A stretch of DNA of 64,000 nucleotides, from NCBI GenBank assembly GCA_964016885.1, contig OZ024741.1:238328001-238392000 (forward strand). The letters run 5' to 3'. The position numbers were made by a program, and so were the translations under genes. The notes under the pieces were generated by a model that worked only from the letters and a program-made list of their open reading frames with translations, searched no databases and was not told the DNA's origin. This DNA is from Eledone cirrhosa. Lineage: Eukaryota. This document shows positions 51,351 through 62,867 of this stretch, in pieces. Position 1 is the first letter of the stretch. The number at the start of each line of letters is the position of its first letter.

Positions 51351-52132
51351 ACTACACACTAGAGGATTTCATTTATTTGTGCATATTGTATACATTAAGC
51401 TTAATTTATTTAAAACAATTACTAAAACATTTAATAAAGAATTTTGAAATTAGTAATTCAAATTTATTTTAAACTACAGAAAACTATATGTGACTAATAA
51501 ATTATCTTTTGTATATGTATACACATTGACACACGGAGCATATAAAACATTAACCTTAATGGCAATTTCATAACTCTAACCTTAATGGCAATTTCATACA
51601 AATTGCAATGAATTGCATTATGAAATATTCATTAAAATTATATTATTGTTTCTATTCCTTTTTTCTGTTCCTTCATTATTTATTCATAATTTAAAACTTT
51701 CAATTAGTATTTTTTGTATTTAAAATCGTATATTATTTGTAAATATTATATAGATAGTGGCAGGAACTGCATAATTTTAAAGTAAATGTTTTCCAATAGT
51801 TTTGTTCCTATATTTTCTAATCTATGATTGTATGAGGCTGAAATTCTATTTCTTGTGAGTATCAGTAATATACTGGGCAGAATTCAATATATTATAACCC
51901 TGGAAAATTTTGACCTGCTGTATGATCAAAATAAAACAATCATGGTTTTTGCAAATATTTTGAATTTCAGTTATCTAATTTGTTTACTCTTAAGTTTAGA
52001 TTTAATGGAAATATTTGCAAATGCATATTTATAAATATATAAATGTGGATTAATTATTTGTTGGTATGGAATTGCTGGTTAATTTAATTTTATTCTAAAT
52101 CAACCATAATGTTCTATTTCTATTACATTATT

Positions 52133-52345
52133 TATTCAAATCCCGCCGAGGTTAACTTTGCCTTTCATCCTTACGGGGTCGATAAAATAAAGTACCAGTA
52201 ATGTACTGGGTAATTGCTGGCCTTGTGCCAAAAGTAGAAACAATTATTTATTCAAATCCCGCTGAGGTTAACTTTGCCTTTCATCCTTACGGGGGTCGAT
52301 AAAATAAAGTACCAGTAATGCACTGGTTAATTGCTGGCCTTGTGC
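52133..52345 (+). mobile_element. Two tandem 5'-truncated SINE copies in the 3'UTR region of gene D
   Basis: TTCAAATCCCGC(C/T)GAGGTTAAC...GTAGAAACAATTA occurs twice head-to-tail. Confidence 0.85.
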
Positions 52346-52436
52346 CAAACGTAGAAACAATTATTTATGTTAAAATAAAGAAAAAATATAATAATCTTCA
52401 GGACAAATAATTGTGGTTGTGCTGGCTTTGAGTATA

Positions 52437-52525
52437 CTATTTTTTATACACAGGTTCTAGATATGTATCTTGTTCATGTTCACCTTTTGGTATTGGTGGT
52501 ATGTTTGGTGTGTAGTTGCCGTATT
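52437..52525 (-). CDS. PCDH: Protocadherin D, last coding exon (EYGNYTPNIPPIPKGEHEQDTYLEPVYKK*); spliced protein 878 aa
   Basis: CTTCCAG|AA acceptor; TAG at 52437-52439. Confidence 0.86.
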
Positions 52526-52802
52526 CTGGAAGATAAAGAAACATTATAAATAGTATGAATAATGGATAGTTTTCTCAAAAGAAAATGCCTGCTTCTGAAT
52601 TAATATTACATGGGTATTAAATTAGTTTTTATGAAACATTTAGCTGCTTATATTGAAACACACCTTTTAAATAGTTTACATGTGTATTTTATATAATCCC
52701 TTTTGTATAACAATTAAAAAGCTTCAACATAATGAATATAGAATTGTATCAGTTAGATTATAAGGAATTTATATTCACTGCTATTGATATTTGGCAAATT
52801 AC

Positions 52803-52950
52803 CTGATATCTTATGCGTGATATCACCTTCACTCCATCCATGGTTGCGATCTCTTTGAGATGGTAATGTATCATTTAGGTTGTTTGATGTCCCAATACTG
52901 CTATTATCCTCTTGCTCACGAGACCCATCTGAAATCTGTTTATCATAGAT
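52803..52950 (-). CDS. PCDH: Protocadherin D, cytoplasmic exon 2 (148 nt, IYDKQISDGS...RNHGWSEGDITHKIS)
   Basis: GACAG|ATC acceptor and CAG|GTAATT donor; in frame. Confidence 0.86.
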
Positions 52951-54694
52951 CTGTCATTGAAATAATAAGGATTTAGATACATATTTGAGAGGTTAACATA
53001 CACACTGTAATATTATTATTATAGGCATGCTAAAATAGTTGCTTTGGGTAACAGATTCTCCAAAACCATTAGGAAGTTTGGAATTATTTAATATGAGTAC
53101 TTTGATAGAAGTGAATTAAATATCTAAACTAATATAAGACTTGAATTCCAGTGATTTTGTTTTATAATGTTTGTCAAACTTGACCATGCATACCTATAAT
53201 AGTTATGGAGTCCAATGAATAATAAGGTTGGATTCACCTACACTAAGTGACTGCCTAGTTGAAGATCACACTGAGCACTATATAAAAGTGTAGCAAATTG
53301 ATATACACTAAATATTTGGATAACAAATTCTGATTTTGAATTAGTTGAATTTATGTTTTTCAGTAATTACAGCTTTGCAAAAAATGTATTTATGTATTTG
53401 CAGTTTTCACATTATGTTGAAATTGTTTCACACAGTTTTAAAATTAGAAATTCTGAAATGGTAGAATGTTTCGTTTTGATAGCATAATCAAATTGGTATT
53501 TGCACATAATGTGTGTATTATTGTCTACAAGTTAAAAATATCAAGATGGACATAAAAACCAAATAAGTTTCCAGAGGACATTAAAAATATGATTGTACAA
53601 CTTAGAGCCTAAAAGAATGTAAGGTCATACAATTATATATCATCGTCATAGTTTAACTTCTGTTTTCCTTACTAGCAAAGGTTGAGCATGTCATTACAGA
53701 TTGGTTAGTGCTTAAGCAGAAACTCTGGCCTCCAGGTGGGCCAACGGCCCAACATGTGACTGGAAAGTTGTCATATCTTTGACATAGCTGAAAGGTCTTT
53801 GTGACCCTTTGTTTGGCAGATTTTCAATGGCTGGATGTACTTCCTATATACTGGGTGTGTTTATCATGTAGAGGACCAACACTAAAGAGGTTGTCATGTC
53901 TCTATCCCAACTGAAGTGTCTTTGCAAGTTTTCTACAGTTGGAAAACCTTCCTACCCCAGTCACTTTACACCCACCCACACATAGTGAGGTTCATTTACT
54001 AGTCGACTATAATGATTATAATTGGTTGGTTAGCCACATGATCAAACGGAAAAAAACTCATTGTGAGGCATTACAGATGAGGTAAAATATAGGACAGCCA
54101 TTGTGTTATGTTACAAGATATTCAAATGAGTACACACCCTAGAACTGTGCAAGCAAGCTACTTTCACTGTATCCCTATTTCAGAAGAAAATGGTGGTTTC
54201 CTTCACAAATAAGGTAAACATATTTGGCATGAAAGCTACAGGAGGAACGATTATCTGTTAATAATGAAATACTTCAACATTTTCTGATGAAAGATGGCTG
54301 GTTAGAACTTTAAAAGAAGCATACTGATCCAAAGATGTTATTTTTGTTATGACCTGGGGAGGGGGGTATCATTTCTTAGACAGGTTAATAACATATAGAC
54401 TAAAGCATGATCATCTCTGAATATATTTGGCTTGATGAAATGGAACTTTGAGAAAAAGCTCCAATATTCAAACTATGCATGAGTTGTTTACATTTAACTC
54501 TAACATATAAATTTCATTTTCTCCAGAATATATTATATTTTTACACAATTCAACAATTTAGTGAATACTAACAGCTTTAAAGTTGAAACATTTCACAAAA
54601 CACTGGGTAACCTATTTTATTTGCAGGTAGATTATTGAGCTTCAGTTGCATCAATGAGATTTGGAATTCAAGAAAGTTTTAAATTGTTTTGTAT

Positions 54695-55065
54695 CTCATG
54701 AGCACCTTTGTGAATTCCATGTCTAACACCCGTGGATATATTTACAAAATTAGAAAACAGTACAGCTTCCAGGACTATCGGAAACATTTTTTCATGCTCA
54801 GAGTTGATGAAGCATGAAACAAACTGCTTGCATCAGTTGTTAGCTATTGGGACACTGCATCCTTCAAAACTTCTATGCTTCCTGAAATTCGCCAACATTA
54901 CACTTGATATCCCCTCTCCACACACACACATGCATGTGTGTGTGTATGTCATAAATCATACACTGTTCACTTTCCTGGCATTTGTACATTATTTTATGTA
55001 CTATACATGTACTTTTGATGAGTTGTAGTGTACCTGAGCACTGTACACAATCATTTTCATTATAT
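54695..55065 (+). mobile_element. CR1 3' fragment
   Basis: Matches the 13.6-14.0 kb sequence, including TTGTAGTG(T/C)ACCTGAGCACTGTACAC. Confidence 0.82.
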
Positions 55066-55554
55066 TATATGCTTTGGGGGATGGTTAAAGAATTTACTTC
55101 ACAACCATAAGGTCTGAAGTTCGATCCTGTGTGGTATTTTGAACAAATGCATTTTACCATAGTTTTAGGCTGACCCAAGACTTTTAAGTAAAATTGGGTT
55201 GATGGAAACTTCAGGTGGACAGCATTTGTAATGCAAAATGTCAGCATTGTCATACATAAGGACACAGTGACTCTACCTGAGGAATACATCTGTGGAATAA
55301 ACTTAACTACTTGCACAATAATGAGTAAGCAGCTTAGGTGAATAAACAGTTGAAATACTTTTGTCAAAGCTTAATATCTAATTATAGTTATAAGAAATAA
55401 AAGTGTGAGAACTGTGAGCATCCTATGAGATAAAATATCATACTTTAGTAGATTTTAATAAAGTTTAATAAATAACATAAATTGAAATAAATACATACAC
55501 ATAAACGAAGAAAGAAAAACAATACATTTGAAAAACGAAATCTTGTATAGGTAC

Positions 55555-57954
55555 CTGGGGAACAGGTGGCAGCCTCCTGGGTGTTGTTGAGAATTTCCAT
55601 TCATTGGTTAACTCTTCCATCTCTGGATAATATGAACTTTTAGGGTTTATTGACTGAAGATTTCTAGCAAATATATCGTCTGCATTTCTGGTTATTGCAA
55701 CAGGATTGTTGGTGTGATACAGTATTTGTCTCATCTCAGTCGGAGATAGGAATTTTGGATTATCTGCTGTTGTAGGTGAGTTATTGGTGTGATTAATACA
55801 TCTGAAAACACACAGTGTTATTGACACTACAATAGCCACAGATATTATTACAGCTGCTGCTACAATGATAATTACCCAAGTCATATTGAGATTGTTACCA
55901 GTCTGTAAGTGGACAGCATTCAACATTGGAGATGTATCATTACTAACAAACAGTGTTAGTATGATAGCAGTTGTTGCTGATTGAACTGGTGTACCACCAT
56001 CTTTCACTATAAACTGTAGGTCATATGTTCCTGCATCATTTTGGTAAACTGCCCGAGAGAAAGATAAGACACCAGTATGGGAGTTGACTGTAAACAGGTT
56101 TTTATCATTAGATCTCAGTATTCCATATGTGAGGAAAGCATTGTTTCCAGTGTCTTTGTCAGAGGCTTTCAGAATTGTGATGTCTTTCTTACTGTGTGGA
56201 TCATAGTGGACATCTAGATTGTAAGGGTCATTAATAGGAAAGGTAAAATAGGGAGCATTATCATTTTTATCTAGAATCTCAATAACAATATTGGCAGTGT
56301 TATTCAGAGAAGGTGTTCCATTATCTTTGACTAAAATCTGGAATTTATAGATGTCTTTCACTTCCCGATCTATTGATTGTGATGTAGAAATAAATCCATA
56401 TTTTGTAAGTTGGAAAGGAATGTTATCATTGTTGTTATCATTGATGATAGAATATGTAAGTTGACCTCCATCTTCAAGATCAGGGTCTGTAGCATTGATG
56501 AAGCCAATAGGGAAGTCAACTTTCTGGTTTTCATAGGTGAGGAATTGGAATGTATCTTTGGTAAAATGTGGTTGTACATCATTAACATCAGTTACTTTGA
56601 CAGAAAATTGTTTCTTAGTCTTTAACTGAGGTGATCCCATGTCATGACATACAATAGATACAACATAGTGATCAATAGTTTCCCTATCAAGAGGTTCTTT
56701 CACCAATATTTTATATTCTTTAGAACCCATATTAGAAAGTTGAAACATTTTATGGTGAATATTACATTTAATTTGTCCATTAGGTCCACTATCAGTGTCA
56801 ATGACCATAACATAAGCTATAAAACTCCCAATTTTACTTGCTTCTGAAATAGCAGTAGAGGTCTCTGTTAAAGGTGATAAAAAATCTATATTTATATTTG
56901 GAGCATTATTTTGATTGTTAATTACATTAATTATTAACATTGTTGTAGAACTTAATGAAGGAATGCCACTATCCTTAGCTTCAATACACAATTGGTATTT
57001 ATTCTCTATATTTTTAAAGAAATCTTCATTAGCGAAAATTTCTCCACTTTTAGGATTTATGTTGAAATATTTTCTAGCATGTTTATTTGTATTTCTGTGT
57101 AAATAGTAAGTAATATTTCTATTCTGACCAGAATCTAAATCTGTAGCTGATAAAACAATTACAGGAGAAGATATATGGTGTGTGTCACTGATAGTAACAT
57201 TATATGACTTTTTATTAAATATTGGTGGGTTATCATTGGTATCTCTAACAGATATTTCTATGCTTAGAATACCTTCTTTTGGTGGCGAACCTCCATCTTT
57301 AGCTACCAACTGTAGCATATAAGTGTCTTTTAATTCTCTGTCTAACATTTCATTTAAAGTTATTTTAAGTAGTTTTATTCCACCAAATCTTTTAGACATG
57401 GATAATAAAAATTTCTTACTTTTATCTTTGAGTTTATATGTGACATTTGAATTGAGAACACCAATGTCTTTATCAACAGCATTTGGTACAGATTTTGTTG
57501 AGCCTTTTACATCTGTTTCATCATATTGTATTTTTAAATGATTTCTTGGAAATTCTGGTGCTTGGTCATTAATATCTTTTATTAATATTTTAATTTTCAA
57601 TATCTTTATAAATGTTTCTGATATTCTTATTGCGACTTTAACAACTCTGGAACATTCCTTGTTATATGTACACAGTAACTCAGCATCCAGTGTCTGTGTA
57701 GTGTATAGTTTTCCTGTGTTGGTGACATTGAATAAGTGAGAACCACTTGACACTGTCCTTTGTAGTTGTGTAAATGTAATGAGAGTGTGTTGTTGATGTG
57801 TAAGAGAGTGTGTTAAGTTAGAATCAACAGCAATGTCTCCTATATAGGTGTGAGGACTGTCTTCTTCATTGACATGATATGTAATGTCTATGGATACAAC
57901 AGAATATATCAATCCATAGAGAAGGTAAAATTGTAAGGTGTTGATTATAATCAT
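55555..57954 (-). CDS. PCDH: Protocadherin D, large coding exon (800 codons)
   Basis: ORF 55465..57954. Donor CAG|GTACCT at the homologous position. Acceptor TTTTCAG| at 58172, displaced by a SINE in the 5'UTR. Confidence 0.93.
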
Positions 57955-57982
57955 TGTTCCTTTTCATTATTATAACTCATAA

Positions 57983-58145
57983 TGGATTGGCAGTATCAGC
58001 TTTGCAACAAAGAGTTACGGCCCTTTATGGTCTGAGTTCAAATCCCGCAGAGGTTAACTTTGCCTTTCATCCTTACAGGGTCGATAAAATAAGGTACCAG
58101 TAATACATTGGGATAATTGCTGGCCTTGTGCCAAAAGTAGAAACA
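57983..58145 (+). mobile_element. SINE inserted in the 5'UTR of protocadherin D, antisense to the mRNA
   Basis: 17-bp TSD ATTATTATAACTCATAA at 57966-57982 and 58146-58162. Confidence 0.9.
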
Positions 58146-59934
58146 ATTATTATAACTCATAAATCCATATATCTGAAAAAATAGAGGGCAGAAATTATAC
58201 TCAGTTTGATGAACCAGCCTGACTGCTTGCAATAAAGTGGACTAAAGGCACTCAAGTGCCGAGGGATTCAGTTGAAGGATTGTTACGCTTGTTGTTACAG
58301 TATTTAAATTCAGATCACAACTAGAGACTTGGAAAATCTACAAATACTGATGATGTAGAAAGCTCATACAAAAAATATTAAAAAACAACCATAGATTGAA
58401 CATTTCTCTTACTTTGAGACTATATTATCACTTATTTTAAAATATGATAATTACATTCTATTTTCTGTTTGATGTTGTATTGCTTTAAAAATAATTCAGA
58501 AATAATCACTAGTTCTCCAGAATTGTATTTTTGCAGTCTTCCAAAACTATTCCGAGTTATCTCCCCCTCTCAAGATTGCATATTTCATTGAATCTTTTTG
58601 TTTAGGTAATTAATGTATGTAGAAGTTTCTATGGAAGATGACACGATTTTGTTCTATATTATATTGAAATGTTTAAACTGTCTTAACATGGTGGAGATTA
58701 GTTTCTGTTGAAATTCAATGTTTTTAATCTATGTCGAAAGGAATTCTGTTATAAGATAAATTGTATCTATGATATATAAAAATAAACATCTATGTTCATG
58801 ATGTTAAGTTTAGTTTGAGTAGATCTAATCATCTTTGGTCATGAACATATAACAGACGTAGTCCTATAACAGATGCCTGTTGATATTAAAGTCAGTTACT
58901 CACTTTCATATCAACAGGCATCTTTAGGATCAACTAGAGTTGATACTCAAATACTGAGCATGAATATATGGCTATTAATTGTGATTATTTTGGTGTATAT
59001 GCGTATTTTGTTAAGAGTAGGTCAGTTAATGTTTTTGCTTGATGTTTAAATATTTTTCTTGATGTTTGTATGTTTGAACTTATAAACATGTGATATGTGT
59101 TGTTGTGGACTTTGATGCATCATAATCCCCATATGTTCATGTTTCTATATGTTGTGTATTTTTAATATTTGGTAATATGAAGTGTGTGATTTGTGAAATT
59201 ACTAGACATGTTTGACATAATACTTGATAGAGATATTTGTAGTTGATTGGAAACTGTGTATTTATTTAAATAAAATGTTGACTGAATATTGGTTAGCTCT
59301 GTGCATATGTATTTAATGATCATTATAATTCGGTTTTTATGTTCACTATATCTGTGAAAATACAGTTCAGAAGCTTTACAATATATAGGTTTTTGTTTAC
59401 AAATCAAATTTGTTCAGGCCTAAATGAGTAGCAGTAATGAGATAGTAATTACTGATTATTTAATATCTCTTGGGATTCATATATATTGTAGAAAACTGAT
59501 CAATCATCATCATCATCATTTAACAGCCATCTTCCACGCTAGAATAGGTAGGACGGGCTATCCGTTTGTGAGAGATCAGGTTGGCAGACTGAGATTCGCT
59601 CACACAGAACTGATTTTGGTTTGGTTTCTACGGCAGGATGCCCTTACTAACACCAACCACATTTACAGTGTGTGCTGGGTGCTTTTTATCATGACACCTA
59701 CACGACCACTATATAGTGTGGGCTGGGCTCTTTTGTCATGACTTCAGTGGGGATCAATATATATATAAATCCTCATTACTTGATCAAAATGGGGACAGAA
59801 GGTTTTAATTTAACCCCAGATGAAAATATAAAAAAAATCAAATTTATTTATATTAGTGGGCAAAAGAAAAGTAATTGCAATTATATCATGATCATCATCC
59901 TTTTACATCTATTTTTCCGAGCGTCTAAAGTATA

Positions 59935-60215
59935 TCTGAAGCCTAGGGCCTCACTAGATTGGTGCTTATCCTGGTTCCCTTGGTGTTTAGTGACTGAGCA
60001 TAGAAGACTTCCCCCTGGACAGATTTAAACCCCCAGCTATGGCTAGTATACATTTTCAGCTGAGTACACTTGAGCAATGTGAAATGAATTGTCTTGCTCA
60101 AGAACACAACACATAACCTGGTTCTTAATGTTGTGTGTTTGATTCTTATCAAACACACAACATTATGACTGTAAGTCGAAAACCCTAAACACAGGGCCAC
60201 ACACCTTCACCATGC
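59935..60215 (-). mobile_element. Diverged CORE-like tRNA SINE
   Basis: Reverse complement contains GTTGTGTTCTTGAGCAAGACAATTCATTTCACATTGCTC, as at 6.3 kb. Confidence 0.7.
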
Positions 60216-60748
60216 TTACATAATAATAAATATAAAAAATATGATGAATTAAATTTCAAGGAAATGCTAATGTCTTTTTAGTTTTTATAAAGGTAAATTT
60301 ATGAGAAGTAGAGTTAATTGGTTGATGAGTAATATAGTATATAATTATTCTATATCTTGAAACTTTGAATAATATTCAAGCAGTACTTGTAATTAATAGA
60401 CTAAATGTAAAGAAATGATGATAATAATAATGTCCCCAGTTGAAAAAAAAATGTTACATTAAGAAGCAGAGCAATAAATATGAAATTATATTCTTAAATA
60501 CAATAAATTGACAGATCAATATTTTCATCATGGTTGTTGTTAAATATATCTTCCTTCCCAAAGTAATTATACTACTGTAGTAGTAGTAATTGTTTGTGGT
60601 AATGGCTACATCATTCTCTGGCTATCTATTTTCTAGTTTGTATATATTATCATGCATACACTTTCATTTATTATCTATTTATATAAATCGCTATTAAATA
60701 TATATTACCAAAATATTCAATACAAAATTGCAATGTAATGTGACTTAC

Positions 60749-60890
60749 CTATATTGTTTAATCCTTTGTTTGTGTCTCTTACAGAAGACATTTATTCTGA
60801 CGTAGTGTTCCAGTGTAACTGCTGCTGTAGTTGTGTGACAATAGCAGTATCTTGATGATGTAGTTTTGTGAGTCATAGTGGGAGCCAACT
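60749..60890 (-). promoter_or_regulatory. Non-coding first exon/promoter of protocadherin D
   Basis: Donor TAG|GTAAGT; nearly identical to the 51.2 kb copy; TGAGTCA at 60869-60875. Confidence 0.72.
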
Positions 60891-61719
60891 ACACTCTAGA
60901 GGATTTCATTTATTTGTGCATATTGTGTTCATTAAACTTAATTTATTTTACACATTTACTAAAATATTTAATAAGGAATTTTGTAATAAGTATTTCTGAT
61001 CTATATTAAACTACATTAAAATGTATATAAGTAATAATTATTCCTTGCATATGGATGCTTATAGCACACTAACATTTTTGCACACACACATGTACATATT
61101 CATTCACTAAGTATTGTAGTATATAAATCCTTAATTTCGAAACTCAGTGGCAATTTCATAAGATATATTGCAGGGGATTAAACTATAAAATATTTATTTA
61201 GATTATAAATTATAGATTTTCTGCAATTTCTTTGGTTATTTTATTATTTATTCATAATTTCAAAGAAAATCTAAAATATTAACACATATTTCAATACTTA
61301 AAAGAATAGTTTAGTAATTGTTAGAAATGGTAGATTGTTGTTGGACTAAAATGTTTCCAATATTGTTGTTTTTATATTCTATTCATTACATATTATATGA
61401 GTTTCCCTTCAACTATTGAAACCAGTTAGATACTAATGATAATCATATACATTAAATGACTATTTTTGGCGATTTTTGAACTAGTGTATGGTCAAAATAA
61501 ACAACCGATTATATTTTTGAATAATTTAATTTGTCTACTCTTTAGTTATAAATTTAATGAAAATATTTGCAAATATATATATTTTTAATATATTTATTTG
61601 AATTAATTATGTTTGTTGAATATATTTTGTTAATACAAAAGAATATTCTTATTGAATATCATTCTTGGTAGTAACATTTAAAAAAAATGTAAATCTCCAA
61701 AACAAATAATTGTAGTCTA

Positions 61720-61808
61720 TTATTTTTTATATACTGGTTCTAAATATGTGTCTTGTTCATGTTCGCCTTTAGGTGTTGGTGGTATATTTGGTGTGTAGTT
61801 ACTGTAGT
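61720..61808 (-). CDS. PCDH: Protocadherin E, last coding exon (DYSNYTPNIPPTPKGEHEQDTYLEPVYKK*)
   Basis: TTTTCCCCCCAG|AC acceptor; TAA at 61720-61722. Confidence 0.85.
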
Positions 61809-61950
61809 CTGGGGGGAAAAAATAGAGAAATACATTATAAATATTATTGAAAAAGGCTACTTCTTTTGAAATGTCTTTTAAAAAAAAAAAATGTTTTCTA
61901 AATTAATTTTACACCACTGTAGTATTTTGTAGTATTTTTTTATTTTTTTT

Positions 61951-62140
61951 AGGGCGGTGGATTGGCAGTATCAGTAGAGAGCCGGACGCCATGCTTTCCA
62001 GCATAGTTACGTCCCTTTACGGTCTGAGTTCAAATCCCGTCGAGGTTAACTTTGCCTTTCATCCTTACGGGGTCGAAAAAATAAAGTACCAGTAATGCAC
62101 TGAGTAATTGCTGGCCTTGTGCCTAAAGTAGAAACAATTA
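61951..62140 (+). mobile_element. Full-length tRNA-derived SINE, second family
   Basis: GGGCGGTGGATTGGCAG head, B box GAGTTCAAATCC, shared core and tail. Confidence 0.88.
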
Positions 62141-62719
62141 TTTTTTTTATTTTTATTTTTTCAGCTTCATGTAACTTTTACCTGATTAAAATAGTTTACA
62201 CTTTAACTCTTAACATCCTATAATGATTTAGCAGAAAAGTACAGCTTTATTAATTCAAATGTGTATAATATCTTCACTAGAGGACAGATCATTGTGAAAA
62301 TTTGCATTATCAAAATGAAGATGTAAGTATTTAATTTGGTGGAATCAGTTATGCTAAAAATAGTGCTGCATATGCAAGATTGTTAATTGATTCTAAACAT
62401 CTTGTAATGATTTCACAGAATACTGTGTCTAAAAAGAAATCTGTTAATTCAAATGTTTATAGTGTCTTTATTAGTGGACAGATCATTGAATATTTATATT
62501 AAAGACTTCAATTTTTAATGTGATGCAGTAATAGTGATATTTTGTACATTTCAAGACTGTCTGTTATTGTAGTTTCATGTAGCACAGGGTATAAGTTAAG
62601 TATTTTATGTAATACATGTATATTACAATAACAAGTGTTACTGTTATAAATATGATAGAACTGTGTCAGTATGTTTATAAAACATCAATATCAACTATTG
62701 TTAATATTTAGTAAATTAC

Positions 62720-62867
62720 CTGATGTCTGGTGTGTAATATCTCCTTCACTCCATCCACGTTTATGCTCTCTCTGAGATGGTAATGTATCACTGAGGTTGT
62801 TTGATGTCACAGTACTGCTGGTGTCATCTTGCTCACACGATCCATCTGAAAACTGCTTATTATAGAT
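62720..62867 (-). CDS. PCDH: Protocadherin E (large exon expected beyond the window end), cytoplasmic exon 2 (148 nt)
   Basis: GGCAG|ATC acceptor and CAG|GTAATT donor; IYNKQFSDGS...KRGWSEGDITHQTS lies within ORF 62691..62909. Confidence 0.85.

Noticed and set aside
58326-58360. Hammerhead-like CTGATGA-TGTA...TACA
   Set aside because: No GAAA after the stem and no convincing stems I or III.
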